Assembly (NCBI RefSeq): GCF_006345805.1
Contig: NC_043001.1
Location: forward strand, 36,952,001-37,016,000
Length of the DNA: 64,000 nt
DNA from: Octopus sinensis
Lineage: Eukaryota
Direction: 5' to 3'
The position numbers and the translations under genes were made by a program. Within the stretch, counting starts at the first letter, position 1, and every line of letters begins with the position of its first letter. Under the pieces are notes generated by a model that was not told where the DNA came from, searched no databases, and saw only the letters and a list, made by a program, of their open reading frames with translations. Positions 11,523-23,994 of this stretch are shown piece after piece.

Positions 11523-12344
11523 TATGAATTATAATCTTAACGTATTACATATAATTTACATTGGTAAATAGTTTTGTAACACAAAATCTTATCGAATAGG
11601 TAGTAATTTTTTTTATTTGGTATGTAATATTGCATTTAAGTAAATATTTTAAATAACAATAGAAAATTTGGTTAATTCTATAAATGAGTGAGATATTAAA
11701 TCTATACATAAATTGATTTAATTATTTAATAAGTTTAACTAATTTGTGTGTATATATTTTAACCATTTTTCTACTTAAAATTTTTGTAGCTATAGTTGTA
11801 GTATTATTATGTATATAAGTTAGCATGAAGTTTTTTAGTATATATTACATAATTAGAATATGATTAAACTTAGATGTTTATTCAATAAATATATTAATAA
11901 ATAATATAATGTATATAGGTTAAATTACAGTATTTTAGCTTCACTTAATGTATATTATGTGTTTTATATATATTTTACATATTTTGTTTAAATTAATTGT
12001 ATCTTAATTTTTAAGTAATGATATATACTATAGTTTGTTATTTTCTTCTATAAGCTAAAATATATTTTCATAGATAAAAAAATATTTCTATCCATTTATT
12101 CTATTTTTATTTACACTACGTTTTTAACTAGATAGATTTATCATAAACACTAAGTCCTACGTAGTAAGTTTAAAGATTTAGTTAACAGAATATTTCCAAT
12201 AAAATATTTCATGTTTTTATTTTAAGATATATAGTTGAATTTCGTTCGATTTTTTATTGTAAAATTACGTATCTTTATATATATTTATATTTTCTCATAA
12301 GATAATATACGTACATTTATTTAATTATTTTATTGTTTTTATCG

Positions 12345-12426
12345 TAGACCTGATGAGTGACTATATTTAAATTGAATTGATTTTATTATCAATCTCAAAA
12401 TATAGCCACGAAACACATGTAGTCTA
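12345..12426 (+). ncRNA. Canonical type I hammerhead ribozyme
   Basis: UAGAC-CUGAUGA-GUGACUAUAUUU...AAAUAUAGCCAC-GAAA-C(ACAU)GU-A-GUCUA. All core nucleotides are consensus, stem I is a perfect 5 bp, and stem II is long. Predicted cleavage is after A12421. Confidence 0.8.
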
Positions 12427-12576
12427 TTTACTATTTATATACTATTTATTTATTATTTCGTAATTTATTTAGTTCTAGGTAAATGTTTTATTGAATCTAA
12501 TTTTTTCTATATGGTATGATTTAAGTATATCATTGCTGAATTGCTACATCGTGGTTCTTCTCTAATTTATATATAT

Positions 12577-13005
12577 ATGAGCACCTACATCGCTAAAAAT
12601 AGAAGTCAAGAATCCTTCTGTACCACCGAATAGTCACAAATGTACTCACTCGTGATGGTATTTTAATAATACCATACCTATATTTATTTATAAATAATTT
12701 CACACATTTCGTTTGTTCCTATAGTGTTTGGTTACTTCAAACGAACTTTTGTAGGCATGGTGGGGAAAAAATTTTGTGGTAATTAGCTATCAGACATTGT
12801 CTGATGAGAAATCAGGCACCTTTTTTGGCGCTAAATCTCGAAACCAGTACCAAGTTGACCAGTATTACTTGTTCTAACCCAGTAGAGGTAAGACGTTATT
12901 ATTGTCCGCTGAATTTTTTTCCTATCATGTCTGTAGTATATTTGTGACTATTTGGTCGTACAGAAGTATCTTTGACTTCTATTTTTTAGCGATGTAGGTA
13001 CTCAT
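12577..13005. mobile_element. About 70-bp inverted repeat enclosing a degenerate hammerhead motif (probable PLE end with inverted pLTR)
   Basis: 12577-12645 is the reverse complement of 12936-13005. CTGATGAG...CTCGAAACCAGTA lies at 12801-12849. Confidence 0.55.
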
Positions 13006-13015
13006 GTAGTGCCCT

Positions 13016-13046
<31 letters not shown>

Positions 13047-13153
13047 GTATTATTTTATTAATTTGCTCACGGCTAAGAATTCGGTTGCCACTCGTGATGG
13101 TATTTTAATAATACTATCCCTATATTATTGATATATATATATATATATATAAC

Positions 13154-13236
<83 letters not shown>

Positions 13237-13264
13237 TGTATTTTCCCTTGTTACCAGTAGAGAC

Positions 13265-13507
13265 CATACAAAGAGATTAAGAAAATTATTGCAGTCAAAA
13301 CTGACTTGCAAGAACCTTATTGAAGCTATAAATTCAAGAACAGTACCCTTAATCAGATATGGAGTTGGACTTATCGACTGAACCAAAAAGGATGTTAAGA
13401 ATCTTGACAGAAAACGTAAGAAGTTATTGACAATGTATGGAACCCACCTTCCGAAAGTTGCTATCAACCGGCTGTATGTGAGGAAAGACCAGGATGGAAG
13501 GGGTTAA
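13265..13507 (+). mobile_element. R4/Dong-like non-LTR retrotransposon RT C-terminal fragment
   Basis: [79 protein letters not shown]. Confidence 0.8.
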
Positions 13508-13537
13508 TATATATTATTAATACACACACACACACGC

Positions 13538-13590
<53 letters not shown>

Positions 13591-14577
13591 TATATCTATA
13601 TATATATATATATATAGATATATATATATATGTGTATGTATGTATGTATGTATGTGTGTGTGTGTATATTAATATATTATATATTATATATATAATATAT
13701 ATATGTGAAGAGAGGGAGATAGTGATTTTATCGATTTGCATTCATTGGATAGCGGCCATGCTGTAGCACTGCCTTTATGAGATCTTTTAGTAGTATTGAC
13801 TTCGGTACTTATTTGAGACTGGTGTTTATTCTATTGATTTCCGAGTTACATTTCTCCCTATCTGCATTCCTAATGTAAACTAACAAAACAAATATATTTA
13901 GAAACTTGCATAATTTTTTAAAGTAAAATACTCAACAATCATTCCATGAGAATGAGAATCATTATTTAAGTTGTGACAGCTACTTTAGACATGCAACGGC
14001 TTCCATTATCTATGATAGCTGAGAATTATATCAATAACTACATCAATAACTGTAACAACTATAATTGCAAGAAAAAAACTACAAAGTTTTTATTATACAA
14101 CTACAAAACAATTAACGAAAATAATTGAAAAAAAGCAATCATATATAATATGCGATATGATCGAACGCGTAGTAGGCGTTGGGCGATGAAATGAGATGAG
14201 ATTAAAAGAGATGTGATTAGATAAGATGGAATCAGATCAGACCATTTAACATTCATTACTTCTGTAATTTCATTCGATCAGATTTTGTTTCCATGTTCAA
14301 GCTTTTCGCATGTTGGTTGGGCAATGCAATGAAACAGCCAATCAAATCACTTTTTTTTGTTGCGTGCTTCTTTCCGTGTAAGAAAGATATAAAATTACGT
14401 CAGTTAAATTAAAGATATGTAAAGATAACTAATAAAAAAAATAAGAGCAAAAATAACAATTTTTTTTCTTTCTACTAAAAACACAAGGCCTAAAATATCG
14501 AGGGAAGGAGCTTGTCGATTCCATCGATCCCAATGCTCAACTCCTACTTATTTTATCGACCCTTAAAAAATGAAGGC

Positions 14578-14895
14578 GTGGAGGCGCAATAGCCCAGTAG
14601 TTAGGGCGGCGGACTCGCGGTCGGAGGATCGCGGTTTCGATTCCCAGACTGGGCGTTGTGTGTGTTTATTGAGCGAAAACACCTAAAGCTTCACGTGGCT
14701 CCGGCAGGAGGTGGTGGCGACGCCTGTTGTACTCTTTCGCCCCAACTTTCTCTCACTCTTTCTTCCTGTTTCTTGAGTAACACTGCGATGGACTGGCTTC
14801 CCGTCCAGCATGGGGGACACATACGCCAAAGAAACCGGGAAAACGAGCCCATGAACCTGGCTAGGCTTGAAAAGGGCGCATAAAAAATTAAAAAA
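14578..14895 (+). mobile_element. SINE family B (tRNA-Arg-like head, tail type 2) inserted in a family C remnant
   Basis: Head GGAGGCGCAATAGCCCAGTAGTTAGGGCGGCGGACTCGCGG. ATGAAGGC is duplicated on both sides. Family C sequence (ATCGACCC...AAGGCAAAGTCGAC) is split by the insertion. Confidence 0.85.
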
Positions 14896-15699
14896 AGATG
14901 AAGGCAAAGTCGACATCGTAAGAATTTGAACTCAGAAAGTAAAGACAGAAAAAATTTCGTCAAACATTCTGTGTTAACGATTCAGCAGTCTTGTCACCAA
15001 AATCAGTAATGGCACCAAAATTCTGGTACCATCAGTAATGGTACCGAATGCCAACAAATTTAGTGGTACTTATTTTATCGATCCAGAAAGGTGAAAGGTA
15101 AGTCGATCTCGACAGAATTTGAAGGTAAAGAGCTAGAAGAAATGGCTCTAAGCATCTTGTCCATCGCTCTAATCATAATAATTTCTGTTTTATTGCCGCC
15201 AGGAGTCTATCCATACGTACAATAATTAAACACTTACAAACGTGTCACAAAACGTGTGACGTTGGATAAAGTTAACTTATATAAAAGAGAAAGAAGTATA
15301 GACTTTACATAATATATTAAAATGGGTTTTTTTTTTTTAATTACATGAAATAATTAAAGGAGTATATGTATGTTAACAGAGATGTTGTTAATAGTAACAA
15401 ATAGAATTACAAGACAAAAAATGGTGATCCACCCGTACTCCAGTAGGAATGCACTAACCGCTTTGAGTTAGAGCACACTACGACATTGTCGATCAGATAT
15501 TAATCATACAAACACACACAGACACACACACACACACACACATATTATAATCAAGGTTAAAATCTATATAGGATTTTATCATGTAGCTAGCATGTAAAAA
15601 AACTATTTAGGTAAAACTTAATACAGAGTATTTTATTTTATAGAGCATATGGCGCTACCCAGTAGTTGCCCTTACTACAAATATATATATACATATATA

Positions 15700-15743
<44 letters not shown>

Positions 15744-15933
15744 TGTGTGTGTGTGTGTGTGTAAAATGTACGAGGCGCTTTCCTCAAGGTGACTCAAACT
15801 AATAAGTATATACTCTGAGTGCTCAAATTGGTATGCCACTAAAATCTTGATATAAACTATATATATACACACATTAACTCGCAGGGGATTCGTTCGAAAT
15901 GTACGTGTGTGTCTCCGTTATATGTATGCGTGT

Positions 15934-16013
<80 letters not shown>

Positions 16014-16029
16014 CATATACATATGAAGA

Positions 16030-16308
16030 ACAAACCTCCGCCATCTATTCTGCGTATGAGTCTGTGCTCACCTCTCAATATCATATATGCCATAAGATCT
16101 GCAAATCTAATGGAGGACTCAAGAGACATTCTTAGATCCAGAAAGATCAGAACTTAACTGCAATTCTTCGGGTCCAAATCGGATATGCAATCTATGTGGA
16201 TGCCTTATCATAACTTCGTCTGGTTTAAAAAGCTACAACAGAAGCCATGATGGATCTAGGATGTAGGTACAGCAGGTGGTCAGATTCTGTATAAGGAGTA
16301 GACAACCA

Positions 16309-16310
<2 letters not shown>
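16030..16310 (+). mobile_element. Probable LINE (RTE-like) 3' end with two decayed C2H2-type zinc fingers
   Basis: YHICHKICKSNGGLKRHS*IQK and CNLCGCLIITSSGLKSYNRSH, ending in a (TA)n tail. Confidence 0.55.
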
Positions 16311-16357
<47 letters not shown>

Positions 16358-17791
16358 TATGACTGGTTTGGGCATAATTTCCCATGTTGTAAGCTCACTC
16401 TCAGGACAGTAGTCGTCCAGGAGCTATAGAAGAGCCAATTCCAAGATGCCAAGCAGTTGTACAGAACCCGAAACTACGCAGTTTTGAAGCACACTGCTTA
16501 ATCGCAGAAACATGTATGTGTCTGCTTCTTCAGCTGTTTGTTTATGTGTGCGTGTCTGTGTGTATATGTACCTACTTACGTACGTACGTACGTACGTATG
16601 TATGTATGTATGTATGTATGTATGTATGTATGTATGTATGTATGTATGTATGTATGTATGTATGTATGCAACCATGCATGTATGAATGTATATCTGTGTG
16701 TGTATGTATAATTCGGTTACATGTTAGAAGATAACATTTAATCCACACTCAAATCTAGGATGTATCAAAAATCTGACAAATGAAATCTTTGAGCGTATGA
16801 GTTATCGTCTTTATCACATTGAAATATATCTAAAAGTTAGATCGGCAAACAGTGGTCCGGATGATAAATCGATGTTTCTCATGTCATTCGTCTTCAGAAT
16901 AAAATATGCAGTTAAGATATAACATAAACGTGGCAGATGCACATACGATATACGCGCTGGCAACAACCTATTTGCTTATACACATTGAGATACACATGTA
17001 TGTACGCGTGTATGTATATATGTATGTATGTATGAATGCATGTATATGTATGTATGCATGTATGTATGTATAAATGTGCGTGTGTATATATGCATGCATG
17101 TGTGTATGTATTACGTATATGCATATATAAATATACGAGGTATTCAAAAAAATGCATACACTATTTAAGAGCTGGGAAATCACTTAATTTCATTTCTTTG
17201 TAGAATTAACCCATTAGAAGTAATGAAAGGAGCCAGATAAATTTTTTGAACAAAGGAAATATCTCAAAAAGAACCTCGAGAAACGCACACACACACACTC
17301 GCACATACATACATACATACATACATACATACACACATACATACATACATACATACGTACATACATATATAATAAGCAGAAAATAGCGAAAACTTTTGAT
17401 CAACAAACAAATTGGTTTAATTATTTTTTAATACAATACTTTAACATTGCTTACGGCCGTTTCACTTACCAATGTCAGTCGCTGCCTCTAAAGAAAATTC
17501 CGAAAATAATATTCGTCATCTTTATAGCACATCCGATCTAGTGCATGGAGCTTCATCAGAATGAATACAAATTCATTAAATTGAAGAAGAGAAGAGGTAC
17601 ACTTATAAAAAAAAGATTAACCCACCAATTATTTTTCTAGATTATTTGCTAGTTTAGTCTTTTTGCCCATCGGCTTCAAGCTTTACACGGCTAAATGGTT
17701 TCATGGTGGGTTTGATATGTTAGAATATACAGATAATGAGTTAAAATGCGGAATCAATCTCGTTGTGTGTATATTTAAAATCTAAAGGCTA

Positions 17792-17858
17792 CCTACTGAT
17801 GAAGACTGGCCTCAGAAAATCTTTTTTTACTAAAATAAGTCAGAATCCATGGTCTAGG
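17792..17858 (+). ncRNA. Hammerhead motif, copy 1 (GAAA changed to GAAU)
   Basis: CCUA-CUGAUGA-A-GACU...AGUC-A-GAAU-CCAUGG-UC-UAGG. Confidence 0.6.
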
Positions 17859-18271
17859 AACTAAATTAGCTGGTAAATGTTTTTAATTTTCTTTCCCTTC
17901 GTGAATTTATCCGTAATAAGTGGTTTGAGTTGTTTACTGCTCTTTCTGGCGCAAGGCTTTCCTATGATGGAAGCCTCCTAATGTGTTTTAATGTACACGA
18001 TATTTTGATATGAATAATATATAGTCTATTGACCTTTTATTATTTGCGCTAGGCCACTGGTAATAAAACTTTCAATAATTCTTATTACCTTAATATTACT
18101 TATTATGTTTAAATGATTTTTGATAAATTTATTCGAAGTTTTACCGGCATCCTCTCTGTTTCCGGAAATAAGCTGCATCTACGCGGTGGATTTGAAAAGT
18201 TAGAATATACAGATAATGGGTTTAAATGCGGAATCAATCTCGTTGTGTGTATATTTAAAATCTAAAGGCTA

Positions 18272-18337
18272 CCTACTGATGAAGACTGGCCTCAGTAAAT
18301 CTTTTTTACTGAAATAAGTCAGAAACCATAGTCTAGG
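18272..18337 (+). ncRNA. Hammerhead motif, copy 2 (core intact)
   Basis: CCUA-CUGAUGA-A-GACU..UCAGUAAA(UCUU)UUUACUGA..AGUC-A-GAAA-C(CAUA)GU-C-UAGG. Predicted cleavage is after C18333. Confidence 0.7.
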
Positions 18338-18474
18338 AACTACATTAGCTGGTAAATGTTTTTAATTTTCTTTCCCTTCGTGAATTTATCCCTAATTAGT
18401 GTTGTTTACTGCTCTTTCTAGCACAAGGCTTTCCTATGATGGAAGCCTCTTGATGTGTCTTAATGTACACGATA

Positions 18475-18547
<73 letters not shown>

Positions 18548-18799
18548 CTCAGTGTACCTATACAGAAGAGTTCAATTTTAATCTGTGTCAAGCGGTTTTA
18601 CTCTGCGACTCCAGCTACGTTACTATGGCAACAGTCCAGATATTTATTGATCAGACCACATATATATTAAGAAAAAGAAGGTAGTCACGTATCTAAAAAG
18701 AAGCACTATTTGTTTAGCGAGGCGAAAGTGCTAAATAGTTTTTATCCAAATCCTGACTAACCTTTTCTCTTATACATACACACATATATTGATACATAC

Positions 18800-18853
<54 letters not shown>

Positions 18854-20028
18854 ATATATATATATATATATATTATATATAATATATAACTGGAAATGGA
18901 AGGACGATATTACAAGGTAGGAAGGAGTGGAACTGAATATCTTCACTGCAGACATTATTCATCAGCGGGAGCATGTCCTGGCAACATGTAAGTTATTGTT
19001 GATGAGTATTCTTGATGTTAAGACGAATTTCCGAATAGTCTTATTGATGAACTCATAATACAAAACAGTGGCACCAATGCAGTAGAAATCAACACAAGAT
19101 TGCGCCTGGTTGTTTTCTACAAGAAAGCTGAGAAAAGACAGCGAACATGTTCATACAAAGAAAAACCGTCATCTTGACTTCTTCACAATGCTAGGGTGGA
19201 TTGTGCAGCTGAAAAATGGCTGGCTTCTCAGGCCATATTACAATAACGTTTGCAGTATGACTTGTGTTTTCAATATGGTTTTATCTGATTTTTTTATCTG
19301 ATTTTTTTATCTGATTATTTAAAACTGATGTTATCTAAGTAGGATCATTTGAATTAGCACAAGTGAGAAAGGCACTAAAATATAGAGGATTTAGGGAACC
19401 GTGTGAGAGAATGGTCAGCAATGTGCGGCTGTTGTGTTGTAGCGAGATACGGTATGTCCTACCTGGTTGCCATACGACTTAGGAAGATCAGTAAAACATG
19501 ATACATCATATGTATCACAGATGTATGTCAGACATAAACCAAAGCCGGTGCAACGAACAAATTTTTAGTGAGTGTAAAACAAAATAGTTTCTCTATAATT
19601 TGCGAGGTTATATTGTGCCCAGTTTGTTGTAATATGAGCGTAAGTAATGATGAAGCCGAACGTGCTCGACCATTCCTTGTAACATTCGTGGAAGATGCTA
19701 AAATTGAATAATCTGCAGTCGACAACTGATGAAAGTTACCCCGCAGTGAAGTTTTGTATTACACGTGTGTGTACATATTTAGTATGCATGATAATCGAAC
19801 CCACACCACTTTTATTCATGATAAGTGTGCCAACTGAATACACCAAACTACCCACCCACACCCTTTCGCTAGATTAAAGAGCTATATTTTTAGTGCATTT
19901 TTTAAAACAAACATATGTGTCATGCGTTAAAAGGAGAAGCAGTTACGACAGAAATTGCTGTAAAAAATAATAATAATGTGTATCGGCTAAAGAAGTCTAA
20001 TATTTCCATTCGACGGAAAAAATAGAAG

Positions 20029-20252
<224 letters not shown>

Positions 20253-20497
20253 TTCTTCTTTCACAGGAATAGTGAAGACAGTGTCTGCCTAGCCTTTATG
20301 AAACAGGCCGAAACTTCGAAGTCATAGCCAACATTGTTCTTGTTAATCAATAATAAAAATGTACTCTACAAAAAGTATTGAATAATCATTCAGTTTTATG
20401 TAAAATTGTTTTCCATATAACGCGCCATAAGAACAAACATTAGTACAGTTAGATAGATAGAGAGAAAGAGAGACAGAGAGAGACAGAGAAAGAGTGG

Positions 20498-20529
<32 letters not shown>

Positions 20530-20677
20530 AGTCAGGCAGACAGACAGGCAGACAGGCAGTCAGACAGTCTGACAGAAAGTCAGACAGATAGTCAGACAGA
20601 CAGACAGACGAACAGACAGACGGACGGATGGACGGATAGGAAGACAGACAGGGAGACAAGCAGACAGATAGATAGAT

Positions 20678-20728
<51 letters not shown>

Positions 20729-20745
20729 CAGACAGACAGACAGAC

Positions 20746-20814
<69 letters not shown>

Positions 20815-21139
20815 CTGAGAGTGATATATATATTAAAATTATATTTTTTTGTTTGAATACCCAGAACCCAGAACACGCTCTGTGCATTCCATCGTCTGTT
20901 TGATAAATGAGGTAAGCTTGTACATTATGTTGAACGTGTATTTTGGTATGATGGCGAATGTTTGTTATTCAAGGAGGCAGGGGAGGTAATTATCAAACAA
21001 ACCAAGAAAGTTACTCTCCAACTGATTTCTTTTTTTTACTTTAAGATTTGAATTGGATTTTCTCCTAGTTTTGTAAATATTTGTTTAAAAATGTCTGTAA
21101 AAGACTCAAAATTCACTATTAATATATGGTTATATTTGT

Positions 21140-21609
21140 TTGTTGTGGCTATTGCTGTTGCTATTGTTGTAGTTTCTGATACTGCTTTTGTTTTTGTTTT
21201 TTGTAGTTGTTACTGGCGGTGGTGGTAGTGGTAGTGGTGGTGGTTGTGGTCTGGTGCTGGTGCTGTGCTGGTGCTGGTCGCGACGGCGGCGGTGATGGTT
21301 GTGGTTGTGGTGGTGGTGATGGTGGTGGTGGTGGTGGTGGTTGCGGTGGTGGTGGCGGTGGTGGTGGCGGTGGTGATGGTGGTGGTGGTTGCCTTAATAG
21401 TAGCGATGATGGTGATGATTGGCATTAATGGTGCTGGTGGGTGACAGTGACTACAGTGTTGATACTGGTGGTGATGGCGATGGAAATGATGATGATGGAG
21501 GTGATGCTGATGATGATGGCTTTCATTGTGGTATGGCGTTGGTGTTAGCATTATAAACAACATCATGGCCATAAGCATTATATTGTGGATGATCACCATC
21601 ACAGTCATC

Positions 21610-21640
<31 letters not shown>

Positions 21641-21766
21641 ACATCATCATCATCATCATTATCATCGTCGTCGTCAGTTACAACAATGATAACATAATCG
21701 TCATCACGAAAAAAACCACGAGCAAGTCCGCCGCCGACGCTGCCTCTGTAATTTCCCCAACACTAT

Positions 21767-21810
<44 letters not shown>

Positions 21811-21960
21811 ACAATAACAACATATGATTATTGGTATTTTATATTAATTTTATCATTACTTTTGCTTTTGTCCGATGTTGGTGTTGTTCTTTTTGTATAT
21901 TAAAAATTATCATCATCATCATCATCATCATCATCACCATCATCGTTGTTATTAATTTTA
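21140..21960. repeat. Compound trinucleotide repeat block (GGT, GAT, CAT, CAG, ATT)
   Basis: Direct reading; source of the poly-V/G/M/I/H ORFs. Confidence 0.9.
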
Positions 21961-22401
21961 TTATTATTCATTTCAAAAAACATAATAATAAAGCGTCGAA
22001 AAATTCTATGATGAGTCAACAATTTAATACATTTGTCATGTTGATTTTGGAAGAATTTCGATTTGATTAAATGAAGAGAAACGACATTATGAGAAAACAC
22101 TTTCTTTACGTTCCATGTCCAAACGAACCATCCTTCAAATTTTTCATATTTATTCCGTTTGGCCAAGATGGCGGAAGATTGATCTGTTGTCCGTGTCAAA
22201 AGTGTAACAGATGATTGGTGAATTGAATCACCTCCTGCATGATATATCAACAGGTTCTTCCCGCTACCTAACGGATGTTATATTATTGGAGGGGCATTTC
22301 TGCTAGAACAGATAATTTGCCAAAAGCGAAAAGCCTGAATACATATATTTGTACGTTTCTCAGCGCACACACTGACGCACACATCTCCCACACAAACGCA
22401 C

Positions 22402-22432
<31 letters not shown>

Positions 22433-22597
22433 TGCATACACACATGCACATGCACACACGCATACATCTCCAACACAAACACACGCACACACATATACAC
22501 TCACACACATATATATATTTATATATATATATATGGGGGCGGAAAGGAAAGTTTAAATAAATAGATGAGTAGATAGGTATGCAATATATATACGTGC

Positions 22598-22635
<38 letters not shown>

Positions 22636-22709
22636 GCACATATGCATGACATATATTACATTCACACATACACACATATATATATATACATAAATATATA
22701 CATTTATAT

Positions 22710-22767
<58 letters not shown>

Positions 22768-23444
22768 TATATATGCACGTACATATGTATGTGTATATAT
22801 ATATGTGTGTGTATATATGTATTTATGCATGTATATATATATATATATATAATATATATATATATGCATGTATGTATACATGTGTATGTGCGCGTATGTG
22901 TATGTATGTGCGCACGCATGTGTGTGTTTATGTGCGTGTGTGAACGTGTAAGCGTGAGGCTATGTGCCTCTGTATGTACATATGTATAAATATATTTCTA
23001 CATGAGTATATATATCATACTCATATATACTTGAATTACCACGCAACGCTTTACCACGTGTTTATTCTTTCGGACCATTCATATTAAATACTGTAAAAGT
23101 TTGGTGCACATATCCACAAATGTGCAATTTTGCAAGCATGCAAGAGTGAGGAGCTATTTATGCATTGAGCTTTTGCATTTGCCGATTCTGTTTATTTGTT
23201 ACTCTCTTGGTTGTTTTTTTTTAGTTGCTTTGTTTTAGTTTTTGGTTTTAAAGCCATTTGTTTATTTAATCCGTTCTAAGAATACATTAATTGTATTGAT
23301 GAATGGTTCAATCCGACAGAAAGCGAACAACCTATATGATTTCAAACTGCTACGTGAGCTAACGTGTATTTATGTATAAAGGTATATAAGGATGTTTGCC
23401 TGTGTATTTATTTACATTATTATGTATGTTTGTACGAATGCAAG

Positions 23445-23504
<60 letters not shown>

Positions 23505-23994
23505 TGAGAGAGAGAGATGTGTAAATATTTCAAAATATATTTGTTTCTGTTTACATAAACTTTCGTACATAAAATTACTTTATGAATTCATTTTCATTTC
23601 TAAATAGATGCACGCATACGTTTAAATGCACAAATAATTTGCACATTCACTTACACGTGCACACACACACAGTCATGCATACACAGTGCAAACACACGTC
23701 TATACCAAATATATGCATATAGACAAGTAGATATATATGTGTGTGAGACAGAAGTACGTGTTTGCCTGAAAGAATCAATACAAGTATATATACATAGATA
23801 CAGATTTGTGTGTAGGAATATGAATCTGCACACATATATGTACGCCCAAATTATGCATAAATATATTCATGTATGCATATGCGTACGCAGGCCTATAAAT
23901 ATATATACATATTTATGCAGATATATACTTATATATATGTATATACATGTATATTTATGCATATATATACTGTTATATATATAGCAAAAACATT

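Larger units (their letters stand above)
17700..18478 (+). repeat. Direct duplication of an about 300-bp segment at 480-bp spacing, each copy with a hammerhead motif
   Basis: 17761-17820 and 18241-18300 are nearly identical. Homology spans about 17705-18003 and 18185-18476. Confidence 0.9.

Noticed and set aside
11530-12330. Very AT-rich block suggestive of a mitochondrial insertion, or a GIY-YIG relic (IIYIGK near 11560)
   Set aside because: No recognisable rRNA, tRNA or mitochondrial protein motif; the YIG match is too short to call
18990-19085. Hammerhead-like relic TTGATGA-GTATT...AATAC-AAAA
   Set aside because: Both core halves are mutated and stem III is unconvincing
20265-20330. GGCC-GAAA-CTTCGAAG-TC, resembling a hammerhead 3' half
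   Set aside because: No CUGANGA half in a workable position
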